DNA of 63,960 nt, counting the filler, from Choristocarpus tenellus KU-1152 (lineage: Eukaryota > Protista > Phaeophyceae), in assembly GCA_964200185.2 (NCBI GenBank). It is 12 parts of 12 records of this genome, joined end to end, with 100 filler letters (N's around TTAATTAATTAA, not from the genome) between each part and the next. Parts side by side here need not be neighbours in the genome. Positions count along the whole stretch, not along the records: positions 25,327 to 34,125 come from CAXNAD020004321.1; positions 34,226 to 36,857 come from CAXNAD020026112.1; positions 36,958 to 40,280 come from CAXNAD020020804.1; 9 more parts are not named here. The stretch is one strand, 5' to 3'. The notes below the pieces were generated by a model. It made no database searches. It was not told the DNA's origin and saw nothing but the letters and a program-made list of their open reading frames with translations. The position numbers and the translations under genes were made by a program. This document shows positions 25,227 to 37,566 of this stretch, piece by piece (position 1 is the first letter of the stretch; each line of letters begins with the position of its first letter).

Positions 25227-25335
25227 NNNNNNNNNNNNNNNNNNNNNNNNNNNNNNNNNNNNNNNNNNNNTTAATTAATTAANNNNNNNNNNNNNNNNNN
25301 NNNNNNNNNNNNNNNNNNNNNNNNNNCCGTTGAAT

Positions 25336-25505
25336 GGGGGGGGGGGGGAAGGGATCTACACCAGGATGTCCATTTGGACCCTGACCAGGAAAAGTGCACT
25401 TACATTATCCATCCGACACATGCAACCAAATCACCCACAAATCACAACATGGAAAAGATGGACCCCGAATGGACAGCCGCCCCCACCTCTCAGATACTTT
25501 GAGCC
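25336..25505 (+). mobile_element. MITE family A copy, left end cut
   Basis: Body matches the family; ends CAGATACTTTGAGCC. Confidence 0.85.
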
Positions 25506-26049
25506 AAACTACCTGTCAATACCTCTTCAAAATTCAACTGAGGTCCAACACTTCGAAAGTGTCATCCTTTGATCAATATGTAACAATGTAGGGTTACCCC
25601 AGCCTTGCTTCAGTTTGGTGCCTAGGAAGCACCCCACCCTGAAACATCAGCATTATTTCTATGTTGTGTGGAGTTATATTTGGAGAAGTAGCTATAGCTC
25701 TGTTGCATATATACTCGGAATCTAGACCAACATTCTTGACGCTTCAGTGTATGTGTATAACTTGCAGGATTATCTCTATCCCGCAAAATGGTTTGAGCTG
25801 ATGGTGAAAAAAGAGGCATCATATGTGGATTCCATTTTGTATCCTGGTCACAGTCAACTGCGCATGGCCTCAAGAGCTCTATGCATATCTTTCTACATTG
25901 ATAGAGTTAACTTAAATCAACTCAATCGTCCTCTACTTTGTAGCTGTCATGTGTCCCTCCAGTGTTAGAAAATGGGTGAAGGGTAGGTGGGTGAGAGGGT
26001 TATCATTATTAAATGGTGGAAATAATAGTTAATGAAAATATCATCATGA

Positions 26050-26870
26050 CATTATCCTGTCCTTAGGTTGTTCTGCCAACCACCTATTTTTTTCTTTGAT
26101 GAGGAGAGTACCAACTTTCTCTGTAATTGGCAATTCACAAGACTATGTTTCCGCCGTACGATAAATTGGCATCCCTCTCCCAAATAATGTACGAAACCTT
26201 CAGAACAGTTCCACCATGATCTTTTTCACTTCCTTTTTAATGCACTGGTTATTGGTCAAGGTTAGTATGTCTGCAAATTTGTTGAGCCTTCCCACTCTTG
26301 ATTATCTTGTACCTGCAATAATTTCAGGAATGTTTCACCAGTATATCAGGTCCAAGAAGAATCATTCAATTTACACAACATCATCAAATCTTGACACTTA
26401 AACATTACTTCCAAGCCTAATCCTAAGAATAGAAGTTCTGACCATGAATTGGCCAGGACAGAATCACCTTAGTCCTTCAATGATAACCACTCCTGATTCT
26501 CAAAACAGCTCTTAGAGACTGAGGATATAAATGCTTTGTTGTGTGCTACTTTGCCACATTGATCCGGGTTGAACTGCCAGTGGAATCCTAAAACGTCTAT
26601 TCTGCCCTTTCGATATGAGTCATCTGTGCCACATTTTGATGCCTAGAGAAAAGTGCAGATAAAGAAAGATTCATACTGCCGATATTGAGTACTATTGTGC
26701 AATTTGTTAGCTGTTAATATTGCTTTGGCCGGAAATATGAACAAGGGGCTTTATGCACTGACCATAGGTAGGAATTTCAATATGTTATCATACAATAGCT
26801 CCAATACATTATCGACATGATGTGCTTCTTCCAGTGCCCAGCTTACCCACTTTGTATCAATTTCACCCAC
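26050..26870 (-). mobile_element. Degenerate Ty3/gypsy RT-RNase H remnant
   Basis: Fragments such as EEAHHVDNVLELLYDNIL...SA*AP and FVHYLGEGCQFIVRRKHSL (compare F..YL.G..F.V.TDH..L); multiple stops. Confidence 0.4.
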
Positions 26871-27999
26871 TCAACTGCATCCTTCCTCGGCATCTCTCCT
26901 GTGCTGGCTTGGTTTCTCAACGCACCCAACCTGTGCGCATGGGTGGCAGAGTATGCTGGAGGTAACTTCAAAGAAGAGTGGTAGTTTTAAGTCCTTTAGG
27001 AGGGAAAAATCTCGCAATAGTTCTTGATGCATATTGCAGCCACTGCCATCACAAGGCACACCTATGACACGCTGGTGCAGGCACAACAATGTGATCATTA
27101 TCAGTTGTGGCGGACATGAGTCTGGTCAGTATGAGTATTGATAGGGGCAATTGGAAGTTTGGGTTGACACTGGGAAGGAGAGTGTGGGAGGGCAGAGCAG
27201 CAGACGTGCATTGCTCGCCCTTAACCGAATAACCCAAGCTAGAAGTGGCAGAAAGAACGAGAGATGCAAAGGGAGAAGGTAGATGATGAGGAAATAGTGT
27301 GCAGTCATTGGCAGGACATGTGGGGGGAGGACAAAGTGCTGGTGACCCTAGCCAACGGTGTGGACACTCTCATTTGAGGTATTTGCTGGTAGAAGGAGGA
27401 TCACAGGGGTTATCGCAAGGGGGGACCAGAGACTGCGCAGTTAGCCCAGATGTTTCAGACTTGAAGAAGAGAACGCTTCAAAACACAGAGTGGTGCAAAA
27501 TCGGATGTTCATCACAGAAGATAAGGTATTGACGCAAAAAAATGTTATTCCTGCTCAGGTGATCTACCTCTTTCTCTTGCACCAATCGATCACAAGTCAT
27601 TTTACTTATTTTTTTGAGGTGGTGAGGCGCAGCCAACACTCATACCTTCTGCGTATGTGCTGTGTTACTCTAAAGGTAGGAGGTACGGGAAAAGCGAAGA
27701 GTGAACGTTTTTTATGAGTTGTATAAGGCCCGCCTTGCACAACCAGTGGTCGTTATATGAGCTAAAAGATGACAATCTGATAAGTATCTTGAAACGAACT
27801 TGGTAATGTATTGATACCGAAAACTACTGCTGCTAAAGCAATATATAAGAATACACAACTGGCAAATGTTACCTGACGACTTTGCTCCCATTAGTATATG
27901 CTAGAGTTGATTCAACATATTTCCTTCGCACTAGGTACCTTTTTCACACATAAATAGTAATTAACATGCAATGTTCCTTCCCTTTGAAAGGGTAGCTTA

Positions 28000-29420
28000 A
28001 ACAGCTCTGAAGGGAGAGGGCGAGATATATAAGTCTGCCAGATTGGTATCCCATTGCGTTGTCCTTCCAGATACTTCCAAATATTTTTTAGCCGTGTGCT
28101 CTATCAGATGAACATACCTCAAGGATATGCTCCCTACTCAGGCTCAACACCTTCCTCGTAAGTAATGACTTAGGAACCCCACAACAGACCGTGTGGAGAC
28201 AGTAGTAATGAATGTTGTGCTACACGAAAGTAAGGTACATAAAACTTCCATAGAGGAATCAAAGATTGCAGGTTCAGAGAGGGTCTTTGAGAAGTGGTAA
28301 AAGTTACAGTTGCTGGATAGATATTCCTCAAAAGAACGAAGGTCATTATTGGTCGGAGAGTGGTTGTTGAGAGAGCAGCTGGACCTGCCAATAACTCCTC
28401 TCAAACTCATTGTTCTTCCAGTACGTACATGGCGAGAAAAATGTGCAAAGGAAGGACTTTTGGGCGAGGTGATCTTCTTGTTTTTAAGGATTCATGCTTA
28501 CCTTCTTTCCATGAGATGGGACTAATGAGGGAGTACATCCAGAACGATATGTGGTATTTGTATCGCAGATGAATGGAATATACTGCTTTGATAGTTGTGA
28601 TCATTTATCTGCGTATATCAAATATCTTGACGAGAAAGGTCATACATGGTCACCAACATGTAGCCCATTTCTTTGAGAGAGACCCTTCGTGCACAGTGAT
28701 AACGGGTTCATGGCAAGAAAAATAGACAAATAGGTGCAAAGCGGAGCTATTAAATCGTGTACTGGTGAGTAATTTTTTTCCAACGCATGCTGGATAGTGG
28801 AGGACCCCCAAACGAGATTGGTGTCTCTACCTGACTGATTGGTTGGTTGGTTATCACCATGCGGAAGAATCGAGCCAGTTTCATCCCCCCAATTTTTCAG
28901 TGAGAGAAATGGCAAAGAGCCCCTTTCCACTATGATACCCAGAGAGATCGCTTGGGGATACTTGCCCTTGGATTTACCCAGTGTCGGTCACAAGGCGGAC
29001 GAGTATCCCTTGGGGGTAGTGACTTGGTTTGCACCATGTTTCTTCAACAGCTAATGTTCATTAGCAGTCTGCGGCACTGTTTGCCCATTTGTTCGTACAA
29101 ATTACTCCTAGTGCGACAAGGTCACTAGTATCGTGGGTTTGTAGGCAATTATTTGTCCTGATGAAAAAAAATGCACCCTGCTTCCTGCCGCTCAAAATTC
29201 GCGATGTGAGGGGTTTCGTTGAAGATCTGTGTCAGCGTGTGGAGGTAAGAACTCCTCTTCATTGGACCTTTCCACGTGTACTGGCGTATTATGGACCAAA
29301 GGAACAAAATTTTGAAATATATTTTACTCTTTGACCAAATTGCCAATTGAAGAACTGATTGGTACCTTCATATGAGGTTTTTATGAAAAGGTTACCCAGA
29401 CTTGTAGGGTACACTCAAAC
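28000..29420 (-). mobile_element. Degenerate Ty3/gypsy RNase H-integrase remnant
   Basis: HALEKNYSP (compare AE.NYS..E of gypsy RNase H), followed downstream by a weak integrase-like EYL...YHFSK; heavily decayed. Confidence 0.4.
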
Positions 29421-32400
29421 AGAGTCAAAAGACAAACATAATATTGAAGAAAACGGGCCCTGATATATGAAGGAACAGTAATTCATTTCACACCGAACTA
29501 GGAAGGCCCGCAGGGGTGCCTCATGAGGTTCCTGGTAGCCCAGACCCATGTTTGGTGAGATGGAGTGCAGGAAAAGGTCCTGGAGCCTCAGAACAAAGTC
29601 ACAGGGGGGGCAGGGACCCAAAGGCATCTGCCCATGCTGCCTGCGGGAGTTGTGTGTGCCACTTGGCTTTCTTGGAGGCTTGGAATAGTTGCAGTTCTGG
29701 AAGGAGGGCATGATTATTGGTTGCCCCACCCTTCGTGTGGTCTTCGTTTCCAAAACCTCACCATATTTACACAACACGTTACAATCAATATATATAAATA
29801 TCAAGGGGACACCCTGCCCTGAGAGAGTATATCACTGCTAGGGAGAAGTCTGTGCTGAGAGGTAATTACAGTAGACTTCGGAACACCTTATGCCCCCTGC
29901 CCAGACATCCGTATTTTTAGGGTTTTGACTGCGCGACCCAACCTCACCCGTCATTTTTATGGTCGAAACCCCAGTACCTTCACATTTTTGCATAGAGCAA
30001 ATTGATACATACAGAGTATATATTTCCAATCCATCCATGTAACTACAAATTAAAGTATGTGTATCAACTTACGCAAGCTGTGTCCAATCCCTAATCTTTT
30101 GATATCCCAGTCCATTGCTAAACGATGTTCTGCCTAGTTCTGGTCACTTTAGGTGACAATTGTCTTTGCTTTGGTCTCATATGGAAACCAATTGTTAACA
30201 AATACAAGGCTGGTGTCAAGTGAAGTCAAAGCTCTTGCATTCTAGGACTACACACAAACGTAATGCAGCAAGCACTTTCTGACATGGTGTAAGTGGTGTA
30301 CTAGGTCCTCATCCTTGGTACTCAGGAGCTAAATCCACTGCAACTGTGTGTTCAAGCTGTACTGAAGCAAATGGCAACAATTTGAATCTAACATAGTTTG
30401 AAGTACACGGAAAATATTAGATGCTATAAATTGGCAACTTGAAATACTCGTAGTGCATGAATATTGTGGCCCTGTGCGTGAAAGAAGGGTCTTGGACCAC
30501 AAACGTGTGTAGGGACGCGATACTTGTTTTTAACAGACCTAAATCCATAGCTAGTACATACCATAGTATTATTCTTCAGTTCTACCTCTCTGCTCACACC
30601 CTGCATAGAGCACGTGTTGACTCTAGAAAATGAGGAGGTGGTTCTGTCAGACTGCATATTCCAGGGAGCAAGGATTATACTAGAAGAGTATCCGTAGCCT
30701 ACATGCAGGGGCGTAGAGAGATACATACTTCTACAGTAGTACAATTATCCGCCTAGGTCATGGAAAGATCCGAGCAAATAGATCTGACACATGAACGTTA
30801 GTGTTCCGGAGTAGTTACGCTTCGATATATTATTTCGATCCACTATTCGTACCCTTCTACATTTTCCAGTGAACCAAGTAGAGAAAACACAAGCCTCCTA
30901 GCACCAAAAGGCATAGCCAGTAGTTCTTGGTACACATATGCAAAAATTGCTTGGCAGAGATCGGATGATGTCAGGGGTATATGGTACAGGTAATAAAATG
31001 CACCCTCCAACTAGCGGTAGCTAGGAAATATATTGTGCTGATAATGCTGATCAGGTCCACAGCAATTATGTTACCAAATACCTGCCTTTCACTACTCAAA
31101 GCAAACATGAGCACAGCATGCGGGGGCTACACGATAATATGATGGCCACTAGACTAGCGAGCACTGACACACCTCATGCGTCTGCTCACCTGCTAATTCA
31201 TCTTGTTCCTCCTCACAACACATACCATGTCATCCACTGAGATCCTCTACCAATACATTCTGATTCATTCATGCAAAAGCTAGGGAGTGATGCTCAAGGG
31301 ATTCACGAAACCCCTACCAAGTGCTATCCTGTTCCTCTTCAGGAAGGTAGATGTTGTGAGGGCGATGGTGAAAGAAGTAGACAACCATCATCCTCTCCCC
31401 TACATAGGGCGCAGGGTTGAGGCTGGGAGGGTCGTTCGTTTAGGAAAGCGTGAAGAGCATGAGCTGTTGTTCCTTCCACGGGACAGTCCGTGAGAAGGGT
31501 TGACAAAGGCTGCAGCACGATCTCCCTGTTCAACGAGGGAATTCGTTTAAAGTGGGTTGGGGGATAGAAAAATAACGAAGGAGAGAAGAAAATGGTGTCG
31601 AATGAAGAAAAGCTATCAGCAAGTGCACAAAAAATGTGGTGTTAGGGGTGAGGAAGGGATGGACATTAGATGAACAATGAGGGATGCATATATATTCTGA
31701 TACTACGACAATGGGCGCTAAATTGGCGAATGTAGTGTGGCGTTATTGACCAATTTCGAACTATATGCTAATTTTCCCATAACATATATTTCGAAGTGTG
31801 TAAAGACTCACACAAGAAATACTAGCAAATATTATTATAATGTATTTTAAGAAAATACTGACCTTGGATTCCTCTGCAAGAGCAAACAGTTGTGTTGATG
31901 TCTGACTATACCTACTTTTGGAGTTCAAGATTTATCAGTGTGCTTCCCAGTGCCTTTATCAAGAGCTTCATGAGGTCATAAAATAGTAAAAAGGTAAACA
32001 TCTTGAAATAACGGGTGGGTGTAGGTGGAGCTCAAAGTGAAGCAGTTGTTATTTGTAATTGTCGTCAGCAAGAGAGGAGAACAATATACTTGTGTTACGT
32101 CTATATCATATCATAACTTTCTTGATTCCAACGCATTATTATTCAGCACTAACAATTTATATGAGCTGCCGTTTTTATTTTCTTTCATTTCAAGGAACAC
32201 CATAGCCAACCACAAGCCAATTGTTTTGAACTGGGCAAAAAAATTCAGTACTTCCCCCCCCCTTTCCAGACAATGTTCAGCAAAGCATGCTATGCTTATT
32301 TGTGCGGTAGATCATGTGAGAAGGGCATGGTGGCCGAGATGACGTGGATAACAGCGGGAACCTCCCGTGTTTTGCAGAGAAAACAACCTTGCACTCATCT

Positions 32401-33929
32401 ATACGTACTTCACCTGAGGCCAAAAAGGGTGTCACACATTTGTGCACGAATTCCAAGCTGGAGGCGAGTGCTGTGGCATCAACATGACTGGTCCCTTCTT
32501 TAAAACAAGATATTGCCGATATTATTTATATCATATACCCTACCATGGAATAGTATCTTGGTTCCGGAATTCGATATAAAATCCATTATTACATCGATTA
32601 TGTCTTTTGTATTCTGCACACTAGATTTACCTTCCTTGTGATACATACATCAGACAATGGACTCGAGAAGATCAGAATTGATGGTGTAGAAAATAGATAT
32701 ACACTAGTATTATCATTTATCTTACTGTCCTATGACATTTTACAGATGTGTCAGGGGAAAACCAAACCAATATCACATGGACCGCTGTAAACGTAACAGT
32801 AGAAATTGCCATAAATGAGTATTAGAGAATAAAATTTAAATTGGTAGAGAACAAGACAATAACGTAAAAAATGTTTCACTCTACTTTTAAAAAGATCCAA
32901 CAAAAGCTTAAAACGACCATCCGATTCGTCATTCCACAGAAATCTTCCTATTGGTGGATATACAAATCTTCACTTTACAAGAGGGGTCCAATGACTTTTG
33001 CAATTACACATATGTGTACAACAGCAATCTTTCCTACACCAGTACATTGCTTTTTTGAAGGTTCGTGAAATGCCGTCAAATATTAACTAATACAAAGTAC
33101 CAGTATATCCATTTCAGGAAAAATGTTTTCTTACCCCTTCTGTGCTCTTTTGTTCTTCAAATCAACTCAACAAGTTCCCCAAAGCAAGTGAGGTTTTTTG
33201 GGGATACATTATGCCGTGCTTTTCCTCAAACCTGTAGCCTTCTTACTACTCCGTTTGAAAGTAACAAAACGATGAAACAACAAAAATCCAGGTGTGGGTT
33301 GAAGGAGAAGGTATATTAAACGAGGTGTCATTTTGACTATGTGGAGTCTACAGCAACTTGGATGGTCGTCCCAGTAGATAATGTGGCGTGAGTAAGTGAT
33401 CACACTTGGTTCTAAGTATTGATCCTTCACCTAGCACATTATTGTGTGACAACATTCTATCATCACCCACTTTCGCTAGAGATCTCCTCCCACTCATTCT
33501 CTCAGGTTCTTTGTGTTACCTCTTTATTTCCACTTATCCAGACCTTGGGCTCTACGGACTCGGTTCCTCATTCTAGTGTAGGGTACATGCACACTTTCTT
33601 GTCGCTTACTACTATTCTTACCTGATCGAACCGAAGGCGTCTAGAAGAAGAGACGCCTCCTTACCCGGATCCTCTGCGGTACCTAACCACCTCAATAACT
33701 CCGTTAGAATCCTGTGATGTGGGTCATCCCGCATCAGGTGTTCTCCAACCTTCAAGATACGTGCATGGATTCCGTACCGAATGGCATAGAGCGGATGTAG
33801 GAATGGACAACTATTATTGAACAATTGATCTGACGTTGTGCCTGTGAACAATTCTAGTACGGTAGGTGAGGGCGTTGAGGGTCAGGAGTGCATGAAATTC
33901 ATGGATTCTAGCCTTTTACAGTCTCATAC

Positions 33930-34054
33930 CTGACGGTAGAAATCCCTTCGTTTGTCACGAGCCTCAGAGTTCATTACCCCTTCAGCCACCCGCATCACTT
34001 CATCAATCACCTTGTCCTCGCGAGCCACCACCAGTGGCCGCGCCCTGCACGCAC
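33930..34054 (-). CDS. Probable exon of an unidentified gene
   Basis: CAG acceptor, GTATGA donor, only one open frame: ACRARPLVVAREDKVIDEVMRVAEGVMNSEARDKRRDFYRQ. Confidence 0.4.
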
Positions 34055-35586
34055 CTGACAGTTGTAACTACTCAGAATACGATATCGATAGGGTGAGGTT
34101 GATGGGTCAAAGTATCTTGGGGGGGNNNNNNNNNNNNNNNNNNNNNNNNNNNNNNNNNNNNNNNNNNNNTTAATTAATTAANNNNNNNNNNNNNNNNNNN
34201 NNNNNNNNNNNNNNNNNNNNNNNNNCCAACAAGAGGCAACATCCCTGTTGGGAGGAGTACTACCCCGTACACCACACTGCCTCTCCCCTCCCCCCCCTTA
34301 CCAGTTGGGATGTTTTTATCCACCCTGGCCTATGTTACGTTGCCTGTCTGTCGTAGTAAGACCCTACTCTTACAGTGGTATGATCATTGGTTAGGGTTAG
34401 AGTTTGGGGTTGGGTTTGGATAACATGATGAAGCGTGTGGTGAGCACTAGCTGGTGTAAGAGGGGTACTATTTTGAGAGTATTCCAAACAAAGGATCAGT
34501 TCATGTGCCCCTTGTGACCCGGGACATGGTACAGGGCACAACAAATGTTGGGCAAGCCTTGTCCTTCCCCTATTGCTCTGTCCGGTGAATAGTATAGGAA
34601 GGGCATGCTTCGGTGAAGTGCCTTTGCTGCAGTCGGTAGTGGCTGTACATAAGGTTCTCATGGCATGCCGCTTGAAAAAGAACAAAAAAAATGAAGAGGT
34701 GTTGTATTGTATTAAACAGCTGGATGTAGTACACGTCTTGATGCTTTTCCTAAAAAACAGAAAAAAAATGAGGGATGTGGTAAGAGGTGAGCCCCCCCTC
34801 CCCTTCCCCCTCCCCCTCCCCCCCACAAAACTTTACTCAGGGTACACTTTCAGAACAAGTTTGAGGATAAGTTCTCGTGTGTCCTGGGTGGGACCACAGA
34901 GTTCGAGGAGTCTGCCCAGAAGATGTCAAGGGATATCACCGAAGGCTTTGATTCAGCGATCAAGGTGAGCGAGTGGCTGTATATGCACATCCAGGTGTAT
35001 ACTTTCCCTGGTGAATGAATGCTTGGTTGCTCTACTTGAGAGGAGAGAGGGCTTGGATCTAGGTGTCTCCGGTCCTTGAGGGTGTTGTGGTGCTTGCCAG
35101 CAAAAGAGAGGTCAAGAAAAAGGCGAGTGATGTCTTCACATCTTCGGCTGTTGATGTGAGCGCTGGCCTTGACAGTGCACAATGACTTGGTTGAGGTTTT
35201 GATATGCAGAGACTCTTTCGTTGGGGATAGGATAGCCTTTTTGTCTGGAAGATTTGTGTGAACAGAGAGGGAATATTTTGTCAAGTACTAGTACCATGTC
35301 CCCCTTACACTCCCCACAGTAGGACCGCTTCGGGACCACCTGTGCCTGGTACTACGTGCTTGCAACATGGTTCTTCAGTCTTTTGTACCATGTGTGTGTG
35401 TGTGTGATGATGGGGTTGGTATGGTGTTCTCTCTTGATGGGCTTGCGCCAAGGTCTACGAGCATTTCGAAATATGGAATGATAAGTGTGCATCAAATTGA
35501 GTTGTTATGGACAGCAACGGTAAGAAGTGGACCAACCTACCAGCAAAGGCCATAAGAAACCCTCAAACCCGAAACTGACCTCGCAG

Positions 35587-35729
35587 TTGGCAATACCTGC
35601 ACATACGGAGGTGGTAGAGAAGTGGGGGATGCACCGTGAGGTGGAGCTGAGCCGGTTGCATGAGGACATTCAGGTGAGGAGAGAGATTTTTCTTGTAAGT
35701 TTTGTGAGTAATCAAGGGTATGTTGCGCG

Positions 35730-35761
<32 letters not shown>

Positions 35762-36530
35762 ATTATTCAGTTGCTTTAAAAAAATATATATATGAAAGAA
35801 AAAAACAGGTGAATAAAGTAAGAAAAGGGGCTGGTGTGTGGCCACCTCCAGGGGGTACTGTTACCATGTCTATAGTGCTTTTTTAATCTTTTCTTTGTAT
35901 TTGCCTGTAGTGACTGAGCTATTGTGTGATGTGTTTTGCAAATAAGTGTGTTTAAGTGGCGTCCCTCTAGTGCTGTTGTGAAAGCTCTTTGTGGGGGCTA
36001 CTGACCTAGGGACCATCAGTATAGGGTAGGGCACTGCACTTGAATTATGATAGATACACCAACCGTTTTTTGTGATATTTCATGAACTCCCGTGGCAGAA
36101 AGTAGACAGTGGCATACAGGTCTTTGAAGTACCATATTTATTATACAGCAAATACAGAGTGTTCTTAATCATATCTAGTATATATATATGTTTGTGTGCT
36201 ACGTGGTATATTACTGGTACATATTTTTTGCAAGTCATTTTACTTCAAAAAGGAGACAGCTTGAAGGAATAGTTTAAAACGTTTGAACCCCCAATAGGTG
36301 TCGTATTATTTGGCAGTACTGATCTGCTGTAGTAGTGAGAAGCGTAGTGGCAATGATCTACAATATGTCCTCTCAGCTGACTCACTCGTAGACCTCCCAA
36401 ACACTCGTGTGCTGCTTTTGTACCATTGCCAGGAGCGTATTGCTGACAGGCAGACAGAGGGGACATGGATGATGCCCCTGGGTAAAGGCAGTCAAACTCT
36501 TGGAAAGACCAAGCCCCCATGGTGGAAGGG
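35587..36530 (+). CDS. Two probable exons (35587-35673, 36433-36530) of an unidentified gene
   Basis: CAG/GTGAG boundaries, phase-0 join: LAIPAHTEVVEKWGMHREVELSRLHEDIQ|ERIADRQTEGTWMMPLGKGSQTLGKTKPPWWK. Confidence 0.45.
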
Positions 36531-37566
36531 GTGAGACCGAGCGTGTTTGGTGCCTTTTCCCTGGCCCGGCAGGATGGGGGCCAGGGAAAGGGTCGTGCTA
36601 GACACAACTAGTTTTACCCCCACATAATCTGATGAGGAATTTTGCAACAAGATAATCCTCTTCAGTAGATGACAAGCCTCATTAGGGGGGAAGGCAATGC
36701 ATATTTCAGTTGTCGTGCCTGTGACCCCAAAGCTTCACAACCCATGGATCACTTTAGTCAGACCTTGAAAGGGTGATCTCATGGTATCTCTCCCCTGTAC
36801 CTCTTCCCCTAGTCTCACTCCCCCCCCCCCACATTATACGGCGATCTCACACCCAAANNNNNNNNNNNNNNNNNNNNNNNNNNNNNNNNNNNNNNNNNNN
36901 NTTAATTAATTAANNNNNNNNNNNNNNNNNNNNNNNNNNNNNNNNNNNNNNNNNNNNCACTGGACCTGGGCTGTGCCTCGGCTCTATACCTCCGCGCCAG
37001 ACCCCTACATCCCATCCCGTGCCCCACCTGTCGTACACCTGCCAGCCCCGAACACTACTACGCCGCCATGGAGGGTAGTGTGGGAACCGAAGCAGTGCTG
37101 GAATCCATCCGCTCACAATCGTCCTCCACCCCCGTCTCCTACAGAACAGAGTAAAACAGAACACTCCAAAGTACCTTGACCCTCTCCCTCATGCATATTA
37201 CTGACCATTGCACTCTCTACGCCACAGGTATAGTACTTGGTCCACAAAGCTGAAAATGACCAAAAACCAAACACGATGATTAGTAAAAACTAATGTTGAG
37301 AAAGAAGAAAAAAGTCCTACACTCTTCTATTTCAAAAAACATGTATTTTCATGCTTCCAAGCACACACGAAACGGTGCACTGAATACAATATCACCAGAG
37401 AGGTGTCACCAAGGGAAGGGACTTCACCACAACAGCCATGCATACACTAGAAAAACGTTCAAAGTAAACCCCCAATATTACATTTCTACAAAACAACATT
37501 CAAGTTGAAGAACTGAAATCATATTTAAAAGGCAACTTGAGTAGCTCCCTCCTCATTCCCCCGCAC

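Noticed and set aside
34850-35340. Possible DIRS RNase H remnant (SAHIN...WAD)
   Set aside because: Similarity too weak to support
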